NCBI RefSeq assembly: GCF_009659535.1
Contig: NZ_VJZZ01000008.1
Coordinates: 1-64,000 of the forward strand
Length of the DNA stretch: 64,000 bases
Origin: Aggregicoccus sp. 17bor-14
GTDB taxonomy: Bacteria > Myxococcota > Myxococcia > Myxococcales > Myxococcaceae
Direction of reading: 5' to 3'
Within the stretch, counting starts at the first letter, position 1, and each line of letters begins with the position of its first letter. Shown in pieces: positions 45,768-56,260 of this stretch. The notes below the pieces were generated by a model. That model was not told where the DNA came from. It did no database searches and worked only from the letters and a program-made list of their open reading frames with translations. A program made the position numbers and the translations under genes.

Positions 45768-46691
45768 TCACCTCAGGCACAGGCCCACGGCGAAGAGCAC
45801 GCTGTACACCATCTGCAGGCGCGCACTGCCGCCAAGCGCAGGGCCCAGCGCCCCGCCCTCGCCGCGCATGACGAGCCGCAGGGGTGGAAGGGCCGCAGGC
45901 AGCGAGAGCAGCGGCAGCAGCACCCAGCGGCTCGCGAGTCCCAGGGCGAGCATGGCCACCGGCGTGAGGAAGGCGAGCAGGAGCAGCGCCACGTACTCGC
46001 CGCGCCCGGCCGGGATGCCGAAGCGCACGATCAGCGTGCGCTTGTTCGCCTTCGCATCCGTGCGCGCGTCACGCAGGTTGTTCGCGACCAGGATGCAGGT
46101 GCCCAGCGCGCCCACCGGCAGCGCCGCCCACCACGCGGCGGTGCTCACGGAGAGCGCCTGCACGTAGTAGGTGCCCGTCACCGCCACGAGGCCGAAGAAG
46201 ACGAACACGAACACGTCCCCCAGCCCGTTGTACGCGAGGGGGAAGGGCCCGCCCGTGTACGCGTAGCCGCACAGCACCGAGGCGAGGCCGATGGCCACGA
46301 TGGGCCAGCCGCCGATGACGACGAGGTAGATGCCGCTGACGATGGCGAGCGCGAAGCAGCCCAGCGCCGCGGCGAGCACGGTCGAAGGTGCGATGAGCCC
46401 GCTCTGCGTCACGCGCGTGGGCCCGAGCCGCTCGTGCGTGTCCGCGCCCTTCTTGAAGTCGTAGTAGTCGTTCGTGAAGTTGGTGCCGATCTGGATCAGC
46501 ATCGCACCGAGCAGCGCCGCGAGCGCGGGAAGCCAGTGGCCCACGCCCTCGCCGAATGCGAGCCCGGTGCCCACCACCACGGGGGCGGCGGCAGCGGTGA
46601 GCGTCTTGGGCCGGGCGGCCATCACCCAGGTGCCGAGCGTGGGGCGGGGCTTCGCGGAGAGCGTCTGCATCGAGGGAGCGGAAGAGGTCAT
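45768..46691 (-). CDS. menA: 1,4-dihydroxy-2-naphthoate polyprenyltransferase
   Basis: UbiA-family NDYYDFKKG motif, multi-TM; start trimmed to ATG 46691. Confidence 0.8.
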   Translation of the reverse strand: MTSSAPSMQTLSAKPRPTLGTWVMAARPKTLTAAAAPVVVGTGLAFGEGVGHWLPALAALLGAMLIQIGTNFTNDYYDFKKGADTHERLGPTRVTQSGLIAPSTVLAAALGCFALAIVSGIYLVVIGGWPIVAIGLASVLCGYAYTGGPFPLAYNGLGDVFVFVFFGLVAVTGTYYVQALSVSTAAWWAALPVGALGTCILVANNLRDARTDAKANKRTLIVRFGIPAGRGEYVALLLLAFLTPVAMLALGLASRWVLLPLLSLPAALPPLRLVMRGEGGALGPALGGSARLQMVYSVLFAVGLCLR

Positions 46692-46702
46692 GGGCTGTGG
46701 GG

Positions 46703-47544
46703 TTAGGAGGCGCGCACGCTGACGGCGGCCGGTTCGAACTCGGCCGGCGCTTCGTACCAGGGCGTCTGCAGGAAGGAGAGCACCTCGCGCGCGTACACCT
46801 CGGGGGCCTCCAGGTGCGGCGCGTGGCCGCAGCCCGCGAGCGCGTGGCGCCACACCACCGGGAGGTCCGCGGCCATGCGGCGGGCAATCTGCGTGAACTT
46901 CGCGTCCTGCGCGCCCGTGAGCAGCAGCGTGGGCAAGCGCTGGCGGTGCAGGCTGGGCCAGTAGTCCGGCTGCGCACCGAGGCCGAGGCACTCCAGCGCG
47001 CCCGCCAGTCCCTCCGCGTTGCCACTGCCGCGGCGCGCGCGCAGAGCCTGCTGCAGCGCGGGCGGCAGCTGGCGCAAGCCGTCGAAGAGCGGCAGCGCCT
47101 CCCAGCGCTCGACGAAGGCCTCCACGCCCTGGGTGCGGATGAAGGCCGCGAGCTTCGCGTCCGCGAGCCGTCGCTCGGCGCGCTCCTGGCGACGGTGCAG
47201 GCCCGGCGAGCCGCTCTCCATGATGAGCCGTCCGAAGCGCTCCGGTGCCCGCACCGCGAGGGCCAGCGCGAGCCGCGCGCCCTGCGAGTAGCCCAGCAGG
47301 TCCACCGAGGGGTGGCCCAGGCGCGTGACGAGCGCGAGCAGCGCCTCCACCGTCTCGATGAAGCCGTCGCGCCCCGTACGGGTGGGCAGCGGCGTCTCGC
47401 CGTGGCCGGGCAGGTCCACCGCGATGGCTCGAATGGAGGGGCCGAGCAGCGGGCGCAGGTGATCGAACGCGCTGCGGTTGCCCGTGAAGCCGTGCAGCAG
47501 CAGCAGCGGCCGCGTCCCCTCGCCCCACGTCTCGTACGCCAGCG
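46703..47544 (-). CDS. menH: 2-succinyl-6-hydroxy-2,4-cyclohexadiene-1-carboxylate (SHCHC) synthase, alpha/beta hydrolase
   Basis: HGFTG and GYSQGAR nucleophile-elbow motifs; position between menD and menA. Confidence 0.7.
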
Positions 47545-49305
47545 TCACGCCCATGGTCCGTCTCCCAGTGCGGCTGCCATCTTCGCGAACAGCGCGCGGT
47601 GTGCCTCGACGTTGCCGCCGCGCTCGGTGCGCACCTCCACCAGGTGCAGCCCGCCCTCGAGTCCCGCCTGCACCGCGGCGCGCAGGGCGCCCGGCGTGGC
47701 GGGGCGCTCGAAGCGGGCGCCGTACAGCGCCGCCGCGTGCGCGAGGTCCACGCCGTGCGGCGTGCCGAACAGCGGCTCGAAGTGGCGGGTGGTGCCGGCG
47801 AGCGGCAGGAAGCTGAAGATGCCGCCGCCGTCGTTGTTCACCACGACGACGGTGAGCGACACGCCCTGGCGGCGCGCCGTGAGCAGTCCGCCCACGTCGT
47901 GCAGGAAGGCGAGGTCTCCGGTGAGCAGCGCGGTGGGCCGCCCGGAGGAAGCCGCTGCGCCGAGCGCCGTGGACACGATGCCGTCGATGCCGTTCGCCCC
48001 GCGGTTCGCGAGCACGCGCAGCGCGGCGCCGGAGGCGGGCGCGAAGGCGTCCACGTCCCGGATGGGCATGCTGCTGGAGATGAAGAGCTGGGCGCCGGCC
48101 GGTAGCGCCGCCACGACCTCGCGCGCCACCCGCGGCTCGCTCAGGTCCTGCTGCGCGGCGAACGCCGCCTCGAGTGCGCCGAGGGCGCGTCGCTCCGCCT
48201 GCTGGAAGCTGGAGGCCCAGGCCCCGAGGCCTCGCGAGAGGCCCTGCGCGAGCGCGCGTGCGGCGAGCACCGCGGAGCCCTCGAGGATGCGCGAGGCGCG
48301 GTGCGCGGGGTCCACCAGCGCGCCCTCGTCGCTGAAGAGCACGACGTCCGCGCCCGACGCGTCCAGCCAGGCCTGCGGCACTTTCGGCGTGAGCCCTCCG
48401 CCGAAGCGCAGGACCACGTCGGGACGGTGCGCCTGCGCAAAGGGCGGATGGCGCAGCAGCGCGTCGTAGAGCGAGAGCACAGGAGCGCCGCTGCCGCCGA
48501 AGCGCACCTGGGAGCTCGCCTCGGCGAGCACCGGATAGCCGCTCGCGCGCGACAGCACTTCGATGGCCTCGCGAAAGCCGTCCTCCGCATCGCGCGGTCC
48601 GCACACGATGACGCCGCGCGGCTTCGCCTCCACGAGCGCACGCACCTCGGCGAGCGCGGCCGCGTCCGGCGCGCGCGCGGACTGCAGGATGCGCACGAAG
48701 GGCTGAGCGCCCCTCCCCTCGCGGGCGAGCGGCGCGAGGCGCTCCTCGCCGAAGGGCTCGGGCACCGGCGCGAGCGGCTCGCGCAGCGGGACGTTGAGCT
48801 GCACGGCGCCGCGGGGGGCGCGCAGCGAGGTGGCCACCGCGCGCGCCGCCGTGGCGCGCAGGTGCGCGAGGGAGACCGTGGTGGCCTCGGGCAGACCCAC
48901 GTCCGCGTACGCGCGCGCGAAGTCTCCGAAGAGGCGCGCCTGCGGGATGGTCTGCGGTGCGCCCCAGCCCTGCAGCTCGAGCGGACGGTCCGCGGTGAGC
49001 ACCACCAGGGGCACGCCCGTCATCGCGGCCTCGATGACGGCCGGGTAGAAGTGTGCGCCCGCCGTGCCGCTGGTGGCGACCAGCAGCGCCGGGGCACCGC
49101 TCTCCTTCGCGAGGCCCAGAGCGAAGAAGCCCGCCGAGCGCTCGTCGATGACCGACCACAGCCGCAGCCCCGGCACCTCCGCGCAGGCAAGCGCGAGCGG
49201 CGTGGACCGAGAGCCCGGGCACACCACCGCCTCGCGCGCGCCGCCGCGCACCAGCTCCTCCACCAGCGCGCGGGCCCAGAGCTGATTCAGGTTCGCGTCA
49301 GACAT
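47545..49305 (-). CDS. menD: 2-succinyl-5-enolpyruvyl-6-hydroxy-3-cyclohexene-1-carboxylate (SEPHCHC) synthase, ThDP-dependent
   Basis: ThDP-binding GDLAFLHD...NNDGGGIF motif, 586 aa. Confidence 0.85.
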   Translation of the reverse strand: MSDANLNQLWARALVEELVRGGAREAVVCPGSRSTPLALACAEVPGLRLWSVIDERSAGFFALGLAKESGAPALLVATSGTAGAHFYPAVIEAAMTGVPLVVLTADRPLELQGWGAPQTIPQARLFGDFARAYADVGLPEATTVSLAHLRATAARAVATSLRAPRGAVQLNVPLREPLAPVPEPFGEERLAPLAREGRGAQPFVRILQSARAPDAAALAEVRALVEAKPRGVIVCGPRDAEDGFREAIEVLSRASGYPVLAEASSQVRFGGSGAPVLSLYDALLRHPPFAQAHRPDVVLRFGGGLTPKVPQAWLDASGADVVLFSDEGALVDPAHRASRILEGSAVLAARALAQGLSRGLGAWASSFQQAERRALGALEAAFAAQQDLSEPRVAREVVAALPAGAQLFISSSMPIRDVDAFAPASGAALRVLANRGANGIDGIVSTALGAAASSGRPTALLTGDLAFLHDVGGLLTARRQGVSLTVVVVNNDGGGIFSFLPLAGTTRHFEPLFGTPHGVDLAHAAALYGARFERPATPGALRAAVQAGLEGGLHLVEVRTERGGNVEAHRALFAKMAAALGDGPWA

Positions 49306-50617
49306 TCGCCTCTCCGAGCGCGCGCCGCATGGCCACGCCCTTGATCTCCGTCTCGCGCCACTCGGCCGCGGGGTCCGAGCCGCGCACGATGCCCGCCCCC
49401 ACGAAGAGCCGCGCCCGCGCGCCCTCCACCAGCGCCGAGCGCAGCGCCACTACCAGGTGCGCGCGCCCCGGCCCCACCCAGCCCACCGGCCCCGCGTACC
49501 AGCCGCGATCCAGCGCCTCGTGCTCGCGCAGGAAGTGCAGCGCGCGCTCGCGAGGGCTGCCGCCCACCGCGGGCGTCGGGTGCAGCGCGGACACCAGGGC
49601 CGCGGGGCCCACACCCTCCTTCAGCTCCGCCTCGATGCCCGTACGCAGGTGCACCACGTTCTTCAGCGCGAGCAGCGCGGGCGCTTCGTCCGCGTGCACC
49701 GCGCTGGACAGCGGCGCGAGCGCCTCGCGGATGCCGTCCACGACCGAGCGGTGCTCGCGCAGGTCCTTGTCGCTTCCCGCGAGCGCCCCCGCCTGCGCGG
49801 GCGACGCCGAGCCCGCGAGCGCCTCGGTGCTCAGGCGGGCGCCCTCCATGCGGCACAGCGTCTCGGGCGTCGCCCCCACGAAGGCGGTGCCGCCCGGCGC
49901 GCGCAGCAGGAAGGTCGCGCAGCGCGGGTTCTGCTCGCGCAGCCGCGCGAGCACGTCCACCAGAGAGAAGGGCTGCTCGGCCTGGGCGTCGATGGCGCGC
50001 GCCATCACCACCTTCTGCAACGCCCCCGACCCGATGGCCTCGAGCGCCCGGCTCACCCGCGCCTCGAAGCCCTCGCGCGAGGAGCGCAGCTGCAGGTGCT
50101 GCGCGCCTTCTCTGGCGTGCCGGTACCGCTCTGGAAAGGCATTGCGCACGCGCTCGAGGCGCGAGCGCACCCGGTCCTCGCCGCCCGCGTCCTCCGGGGC
50201 GAAGGCCGCGGCGCGCAGGCCGCCCTCCACACGCCACACCAGCAGCTCGGGCAGCACCCAGCGCCCGTGGCCGAAGCTGTCCCAGCCCAGCGCGCCGCCC
50301 GCGTAGTCGGGCCCCTGCGAGGCCGCGAAGCGCATGCCGCCGAACCACGGACCGGGCATCGCCTCGGCCGCACCGCCCAGCCAGCGCACCGCGCCATCCG
50401 AGGCGAGCGCCTCGAGCACGCGCAGGGCGCCCGCGGCGTCGTCCGCGCCGACGGCCGCTGCCTCGCCCCACCCTGCGGCCGCCTCCTGCGCGAGCGGGCG
50501 CTCCCAGTATACCGAGGGCAGCCCCAGCACGTCCGCGCCCGCGAGCGGATCCACCGCGGGCAGGGACAGGGTCCCGGCCACGTAGCGGCGTCCGTCAAGC
50601 GGAGTGTGCGTCGTCAT
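49298..50617 (-). CDS. menF: Isochorismate synthase
   Basis: Chorismate-binding fold ([15 protein letters not shown]); overlaps the menD start by 8 nt. Confidence 0.8.
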   Translation of the reverse strand: MTTHTPLDGRRYVAGTLSLPAVDPLAGADVLGLPSVYWERPLAQEAAAGWGEAAAVGADDAAGALRVLEALASDGAVRWLGGAAEAMPGPWFGGMRFAASQGPDYAGGALGWDSFGHGRWVLPELLVWRVEGGLRAAAFAPEDAGGEDRVRSRLERVRNAFPERYRHAREGAQHLQLRSSREGFEARVSRALEAIGSGALQKVVMARAIDAQAEQPFSLVDVLARLREQNPRCATFLLRAPGGTAFVGATPETLCRMEGARLSTEALAGSASPAQAGALAGSDKDLREHRSVVDGIREALAPLSSAVHADEAPALLALKNVVHLRTGIEAELKEGVGPAALVSALHPTPAVGGSPRERALHFLREHEALDRGWYAGPVGWVGPGRAHLVVALRSALVEGARARLFVGAGIVRGSDPAAEWRETEIKGVAMRRALGEANV

Positions 50618-50657
50618 CAGCGGTCCTCATGGGCGGGCTGGCCCGCGTCACCATCGG

Positions 50658-50685
50658 TTGTCTTCTATTCCAATCCGGCTATACA
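50658..50685 (+). promoter_or_regulatory. Candidate sigma70-type promoter (TTGTCT-16 nt-TATACA) for the aro/menG operon
   Basis: Only AT-rich stretch in the 118-nt divergent intergenic region. Confidence 0.35.
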
Positions 50686-50696
50686 TGCATCACGGA

Positions 50697-50723
50697 GTTC
50701 AAAACGGCTTGAACTCGTTGAAC
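50697..50723. promoter_or_regulatory. Inverted repeat GTTCAA-6 nt-TTGAAC plus a third TTGAAC direct repeat, between the -10 element and the DAHP synthase start
   Basis: Read directly: gTTCAAaacggcTTGAACtcgTTGAACtgg. Confidence 0.4.
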
Positions 50724-50734
50724 TGGAGCGACCG

Positions 50735-51652
50735 GTGAGCGGCAAGCGGGCAGACGACACGCAGGTGAGCGGGGGCGGCAAGGTCCGCGACCCGGGACCG
50801 CGGCTCGTCTGGCGCGAGGCCCATCCGGAGGACACCCGCGTGCGCGTGGGCACGCAGGGGCTGGAGATCGGCGGCGCGGGCTTCGTGGTGATGGCGGGCC
50901 CCTGTGCGGTGGAGGGCGTGGAGCAGACCGAGACGGCGGCCGCCGCGGTGGCGCGCTCGGGCGCGCACCTGCTGCGCGGCGGCGTCTTCAAGCCGCGCAC
51001 CAGCCCCTACGCGTTCCAGGGCATGGGCGAGCCGGGCCTGCGCATCCTCGCCGAGGCGGGGCGCAAGAACGGGCTCCCGGTCATCAGCGAGGTGATGGAC
51101 ACCGCGCAGATCCCGATGATGCTCGAGCACGCGGACGTGCTGCAGGTGGGCGCGCGCAACATGCAGAACTTCGCGCTGCTGCGGGCGCTGGGCAAGGTGA
51201 GGAAGCCCGTGCTGGTGAAGCGCGGCCTCTCCGCCACGGTGCAGGAGTGGTTCCTCGCCGCGGAGTACCTGCTCGCGGGCGGCAACGAGCAGGTCATCCT
51301 GTGCGAGCGCGGCATCCGCACCTTCGAGACCGAGACGCGCAACACGCTGGATCTCGCGGCGGTGGCGCTCGCCAAGCAGCGCACGCACCTGCCCGTCATC
51401 GTGGACCCCTCGCACGCGACCGGCAACGCGGACCTCATCCTGCCCATGGCCCTGGCGGCCGTGGCGGCGGGCGCGGACGGGCTGCTCATCGAGGTGCACC
51501 CGCGCCCCGAGCAGGCCCTGTGTGACGGCCACCAGGCCCTCACCCCCGAGCGCTTCGACGCCGTGATGCGGCGGCTGCCGCCCATCCTCGCGGCGATGAA
51601 CCGACACCTCACGCGGCCGGTGCAGCCGGCCCACGCAGCGGGAGCCCGATGA
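50735..51652 (+). CDS. 3-deoxy-7-phosphoheptulonate (DAHP) synthase, class I-beta, without a regulatory domain
   Basis: GPCAVEG...KPRTSPY...GARNMQNF...[11 protein letters not shown]...IVDPSHA motifs; GTG start with GGAG Shine-Dalgarno 6 nt upstream. Confidence 0.75.
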   Translation: MSGKRADDTQVSGGGKVRDPGPRLVWREAHPEDTRVRVGTQGLEIGGAGFVVMAGPCAVEGVEQTETAAAAVARSGAHLLRGGVFKPRTSPYAFQGMGEPGLRILAEAGRKNGLPVISEVMDTAQIPMMLEHADVLQVGARNMQNFALLRALGKVRKPVLVKRGLSATVQEWFLAAEYLLAGGNEQVILCERGIRTFETETRNTLDLAAVALAKQRTHLPVIVDPSHATGNADLILPMALAAVAAGADGLLIEVHPRPEQALCDGHQALTPERFDAVMRRLPPILAAMNRHLTRPVQPAHAAGAR

Positions 51653-52341
51653 GCACCGAAGTGCGCCAGATGTTCTCCTCCATCGCCACGCGCTACGACG
51701 TGACGAACGAGGTCCTGTCTTTCGGCATCCACCGCCTGTGGCGCCGCAAGGCCATCCAGCTCTCGGGCGCGAAGCCGGGCGACGCGGTGCTCGACTGCGC
51801 CACCGGCACGGGTGACCTGGCCATCGCCTTCAAGCACACCGTGGGCGGCGACGGGCGCGTGGTGGGCACGGACTTCTGCCCCGAGATGCTCGACAGCGCG
51901 CCGGCGAAGGCCTCGCGCGAGGGGCTGGAGATCGAGTTCGCGGTCGCCGACGCGATGGACCTGCGCCAGTACGCGGACGCCACCTTCGACGTGGCCTCCA
52001 TCTCCTTCGGCATCCGCAACGTGGATGACCCGGTGAAGTGCCTCAAGGAGATGGCCCGGGTGGTGAAGCCGGGCGGGCGCGTGGTGGTGCTGGAGTTCGG
52101 CCAGCCGCGCGGGCTCTTCGGCGGCCTCTTCCGCTTCTACAGCAAGGTGCTGATGCCCTTCGTGGGCGGCCTGATCACCGGCAACCGCGCCGCCTACGAG
52201 TACCTGCCGCGCACGGCCGCCGCCTTCCCCGCGGGCGAGAAGTTCCTCGAGCTGATGGACCGCTCGGGGGCCTACCGCAAGCGTGCGGCGCACCCGCTCA
52301 CGTTCGGGACGGCCTACGTGTATGTCGGCACGGTGCGCTGA
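51649..52341 (+). CDS. ubiE: Demethylmenaquinone/ubiquinone C-methyltransferase
   Basis: [19 protein letters not shown]...[12 protein letters not shown] motif; start overlaps the DAHP synthase stop (ATGA). Confidence 0.85.
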   Translation: MSTEVRQMFSSIATRYDVTNEVLSFGIHRLWRRKAIQLSGAKPGDAVLDCATGTGDLAIAFKHTVGGDGRVVGTDFCPEMLDSAPAKASREGLEIEFAVADAMDLRQYADATFDVASISFGIRNVDDPVKCLKEMARVVKPGGRVVVLEFGQPRGLFGGLFRFYSKVLMPFVGGLITGNRAAYEYLPRTAAAFPAGEKFLELMDRSGAYRKRAAHPLTFGTAYVYVGTVR

Positions 52342-52381
52342 GGGGCCTCCCCCTTCCCTCTCCGGGGACGTCGCGCACCTC

Positions 52382-52945
52382 GTGAGCGCGGTGCTCGACG
52401 CGGTGGACCCGCGGCTCGCGCCCGCGCTGCGCGAGGAGCTCGCCCGGCCAGGCGCCGCGCTCGCGCCCGCCGCCACCCAGACCCTGGCCATCGCCGGCCA
52501 CCGCGCCGCGGGCAAGACGCGGCTGCTGCCGCTGCTCTCGGCCCTCACCGGGCGCCCGGGCGTGGACCTGGATGCCGAGCTCGCGCGCCAGCACGGCCGC
52601 GCGCTGCGCGACTGGGTGCGCGAGGACGTGGCGGGTTTCCGCGCCGCCGAGCGCGCCGCCTTCGCGCAGCTTCCGCCCGGCTCGCTCGTGGCGCTGGGCG
52701 GGGGCTTCCTCTCGCACCACCCGGACGCGCTCGCCGGCACCTTCACGGTGCTGGTGCCCCTGAGCGCGGAGACCTACCGCGAGCGCCTCCTGGCGGACCG
52801 CGAGCGGCCGCGGCTGCGTCCCGAGCTGAGCCTCGAGGAGGAGATTTCCCGCGTCTGGGCCGAGCGCGAGGCGCTGCACGCGCGCGTGCCCACCGTCCCG
52901 CTCGTGCACCTGCTGCGCGCGCTGCTGCCCCCGAGGTCCGCGTGA
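52382..52945 (+). CDS. aroK: Shikimate kinase (start codon uncertain: GTG 52382, ATG 52322 or GTG 52403)
   Basis: P-loop IAGHRAAGKT, LID/GGG region LVALGGGFL; stop overlaps the aroDE GTG start (GTGA). Confidence 0.55.
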   Translation: MSAVLDAVDPRLAPALREELARPGAALAPAATQTLAIAGHRAAGKTRLLPLLSALTGRPGVDLDAELARQHGRALRDWVREDVAGFRAAERAAFAQLPPGSLVALGGGFLSHHPDALAGTFTVLVPLSAETYRERLLADRERPRLRPELSLEEEISRVWAEREALHARVPTVPLVHLLRALLPPRSA

Positions 52946-54177
52946 GCTCCTGCCGCGTCGTCACCCTTCCTCCCTCGGTGCGCGCAGAGGCGGCCCGCCT
53001 CTTCGCCGAGGAGGCGCGCCGCCGCGGCGCACAGCTGCTCGAGCTGCGCACGGACCTGCACCACGATGCGGACGTGGACGCGGGCGCCCTCGCCCGCGTG
53101 CTGCCCCTGCTCGTGTCCGAGCGCGGCGCGCCCGTGCCACCGCGCTGGCTTCAGGCCGCACGGCTCGTGGACCTCCCGGTGGAGGGGGCGCTGGAGGCAG
53201 GCGGGCCGCAGCTGCTCGCCTCGCACCACGCGGAGCGTCCGCTCATGACGGAGGAGGCGCTGCAGCTCTGGGCGCGCCCGCTGCCGCCCGGGGCGCAGGT
53301 GAAGCACGTGGAGCCCCTCGGCGCTCCTTCGCGCTTACCCGAGCTGCTCGAGACGCAAGCCCGGCTCGTGGCCCGCTTCGGCGAGGGCCGGGTGACGGTG
53401 CTCGCGATGGGGCCGCTCGCCCTGCCGGTGCGCGCGGTGCTCGCGGTGCACAACACGCTCGACTACGTGGCGGCGGGCGGCGCCTGGAGCGCCGCGGTGG
53501 GGCAGCGCCTGCTCGAGGACGTGGTGCGCGAGAGCGCGCGCGGCGCCGGTGGCCTTCGCCGCGGCATCCTCGGCACCGGCATCGCGCACTCCCGCTCGCC
53601 GCGCATCCACCGCCAGCCCTTCGATCGCATCGACCTTCCGGAGGACGCGGACGTGGAGGCGCTGGTGGACGCGCTGCGGCCCCACTACGCGGGCTTCGCC
53701 ATCACCAGCCCCTTCAAGAAGCACCTCGCGCGGCACGCGGGCAGCGCGCTCGAGGCGGTGAACACGCTGGTGCGCCGCGGCGAGCGCTGGGAGGCCTTCA
53801 ACACGGACCACGAGGGCGCCCGCGAGGTGCTGCAGCGGCTGCGCGTCTCCGAGGCCTTCGTGCTCGGAGACGGCGGGGCGAGCGCGGCGCTGCGCGCGGT
53901 GGCCCCAGAGGTCGGGACGGCACTGCGGGTGCTGCGGCGCGCGGACGTGGACGCGCCCCTGCGCGGCGCGGGCGTGTGGACCTGGCCCGAGCGCGTGGAG
54001 GTTCCCCCGGGCCTGCGCTTCGAGGGAGCGCGCGTGGCGGTGATCGCCTACGGTGCTCCGGGCCGGCGCATCGCCGCGGAGATCCGCCGCCGCGGCGGGG
54101 AGCCCGTGCCCCTGGGCGCGGCCTGGTTCGTCGCGCAGGCCCGCCGGCAGCGCAGCCTCTGGGAGACCGCCACATGA
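52942..54177 (+). CDS. Bifunctional type I 3-dehydroquinate dehydratase-like domain / shikimate dehydrogenase fusion
   Basis: N-terminal LELRTDL...VKHVEP (type I DHQase-like); C-terminal GILGTGIAHSRSPRIH and NTDHEG (AroE motifs). Confidence 0.55.
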   Translation: MSSCRVVTLPPSVRAEAARLFAEEARRRGAQLLELRTDLHHDADVDAGALARVLPLLVSERGAPVPPRWLQAARLVDLPVEGALEAGGPQLLASHHAERPLMTEEALQLWARPLPPGAQVKHVEPLGAPSRLPELLETQARLVARFGEGRVTVLAMGPLALPVRAVLAVHNTLDYVAAGGAWSAAVGQRLLEDVVRESARGAGGLRRGILGTGIAHSRSPRIHRQPFDRIDLPEDADVEALVDALRPHYAGFAITSPFKKHLARHAGSALEAVNTLVRRGERWEAFNTDHEGAREVLQRLRVSEAFVLGDGGASAALRAVAPEVGTALRVLRRADVDAPLRGAGVWTWPERVEVPPGLRFEGARVAVIAYGAPGRRIAAEIRRRGGEPVPLGAAWFVAQARRQRSLWETAT

Positions 54178-55193
54178 ACACGCTGGGTACCCTCTTCCGC
54201 CTCACCACCTTCGGCGAGAGCCACGGCGTGGCGCTGGGCGCCGTGGTGGACGGCTGCCCCGCCGGAGTGCCGCTCGAGACGGCCGACATCCAGCGCGCGC
54301 TCGACCGGCGCCGCCCCGGTCAGTCGGCCCTCACCACGGCGCGCGCCGAGGCGGACCAGGTGGAGATCCTCTCGGGCGTCTTCGAGGGGCGCACCCTGGG
54401 CACGCCGCTTGCCGCCATCGTGCGCAACCAGAACCAGCGCTCGCAGGACTACGACGCACTCAAGGCGCAGGATCGGCCGGGCCACGCGGATGCCGTGTGG
54501 CGCGAGCGCTTCAAGCACCGCGATCACCGCGGTGGCGGGCGCACCAGCGGCCGGGAGACCCTCTGCCGCGTCATCGGCGGCGCGGTGGCGGAGGCCTACC
54601 TCGCGCAGGCGCTGCCCTCCTTGCGCACCGTGGCGTGGGTGAGCCAGGTGGGCCCGCTCGCCGCAGCGCCCCCCTCGGTGGGGCTCACGCGCGCCCAGGT
54701 GGATGCGCACGCGACGCGCTGCCCCGACCCGGTGGCCGCCGAGCAGATGGCCGCGCGCATCCTCGCCGCGAAGCAGGCGGGTGACAGCCTCGGCGGCGCC
54801 ATCGACTTGCGCATCGAGGGGCTGCCCGTGGGGCTCGGCGAGCCCATCTTCAGCAAGCTCAAGAGCCTGCTCGCGCACGCCATGGGCAGCGTGGGCGCGG
54901 TGACGGGCGTGCTCTGGGGGCCGCCCGACTTGATGACCCGCCTCGAGCAGCCGGGCACCGTCTTCCACTCCGGGAAGGACACCTACGGCGGCATCCAGGG
55001 CGGGCTCGCCAACGGAGAGCCGGTGGAGCTGCGGGTGCTCTTCAAGCCGCCTGCGACGCTGCTGGACCACGCCAAGGCGGGCCGTCACGACCCCTGCATC
55101 CTGCCGCGCGCCGTCCCGGTGCTCGAGGCGATGGCCTCCCTCGTGCTCGCGGACCTGCACCTCCACCTCGACGCCCGCCCGCACCACGCATGA
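54174..55193 (+). CDS. aroC: Chorismate synthase
   Basis: FGESHG, RPGHAD, GGGRTSGRET signatures; ATGA overlap with the upstream gene. Confidence 0.9.
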   Translation: MNTLGTLFRLTTFGESHGVALGAVVDGCPAGVPLETADIQRALDRRRPGQSALTTARAEADQVEILSGVFEGRTLGTPLAAIVRNQNQRSQDYDALKAQDRPGHADAVWRERFKHRDHRGGGRTSGRETLCRVIGGAVAEAYLAQALPSLRTVAWVSQVGPLAAAPPSVGLTRAQVDAHATRCPDPVAAEQMAARILAAKQAGDSLGGAIDLRIEGLPVGLGEPIFSKLKSLLAHAMGSVGAVTGVLWGPPDLMTRLEQPGTVFHSGKDTYGGIQGGLANGEPVELRVLFKPPATLLDHAKAGRHDPCILPRAVPVLEAMASLVLADLHLHLDARPHHA

Positions 55194-56260
55194 GCCCGCT
55201 CCCGCCTGGCGCCTACCGCCCCGCCGAGGACCGCTGGGGCCCCTTTCCCCGGCTCGCGCGCGCGCTGCCCGAGGGCAGCCTCGTCGTGGTGGACCGCAAG
55301 GTGGCGCGCCTGCATCCCGCGCTCATGACGGCCCTGCGCGCGCGGGAGCCCCGCGCGGTCGTGCCGCTCACCGGCGGCGAGGGCGCGAAGAGCTTCCGTG
55401 CGCTGGAGCAGGTGCTCGCCGCGGGCCTCACCCTGCCCCGCTCCGGCACGCTGCTCGCCATCGGCGGCGGCACCGTGGGGGACGTGAGCACGGTCGCCGC
55501 GCACCTGCTCAAGCGCGGCGTGCGCCTGGTGCAGGTGCCGAGCACGCTGCTCGCGGCGGTGGACAGCAGCCTCGGTGGCAAGGGCGCGGTGGACCTCACG
55601 GTGCGCGGGCGTGTGGTGAAGAACCCCGCGGGCGTCTTCCACTACGCGGACGAGGCCTGGGTGTGCCCGGAGCTGTTCACCACGCTGACGGATGCCCAGC
55701 GGCGCGAGGGGGCCATCGAGGCCTGGAAGATGGTGGTCTGCCTCGACGCCGCCCTCTTCGCGCGCTACCTGCGCCGCCCGCCTGCCCTGCCCGCGCTGGT
55801 GCGCGACGCGCGCCGGCTCAAGGAGAGCGTCTGCGCGCAGGACCCCTACGAGCAGTCGGGCCTGCGGCGCGTGCTCAACTTCGGCCACTCCTTCGGCCAC
55901 GTGCTGGAGAGCCTCAGCGCCTTCCGCCTCTCGCACGGAGACGCCGTGGGGCTCGGCATGCTGTGCGCGCTGGACGCGGGCCGCGCGCTCGGGGTGACGC
56001 CTCCCGAGGTCGCCACGCAGGTGGAGGAGGCGCTCACGCAGAAGGTGGGCGTGCTGGGCCGCGCGGCGCTCGCGCGCTTCGCCCGCCGGGGCACGCCCGG
56101 GGAGGTGCGGGCCCTGCTCGCGGCGGACAAGAAGGCGGGCGCCGCGGGGCAGCTGCGCATGGTGCTGCTCACGGGCGTGGGGAGCACCTGCGTGAGGGAC
56201 GTGGAAGAGGCCGCCTGGCGCGCGCTGTGGCCCGCGTGGACCCGCGAGGTGCGGCCGTGA
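55190..56260 (+). CDS. aroB: 3-dehydroquinate synthase
   Basis: GGGTVGD NAD motif and metal-binding His residues (FGHSFGH). Confidence 0.85.
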   Translation: MSPLPPGAYRPAEDRWGPFPRLARALPEGSLVVVDRKVARLHPALMTALRAREPRAVVPLTGGEGAKSFRALEQVLAAGLTLPRSGTLLAIGGGTVGDVSTVAAHLLKRGVRLVQVPSTLLAAVDSSLGGKGAVDLTVRGRVVKNPAGVFHYADEAWVCPELFTTLTDAQRREGAIEAWKMVVCLDAALFARYLRRPPALPALVRDARRLKESVCAQDPYEQSGLRRVLNFGHSFGHVLESLSAFRLSHGDAVGLGMLCALDAGRALGVTPPEVATQVEEALTQKVGVLGRAALARFARRGTPGEVRALLAADKKAGAAGQLRMVLLTGVGSTCVRDVEEAAWRALWPAWTREVRP

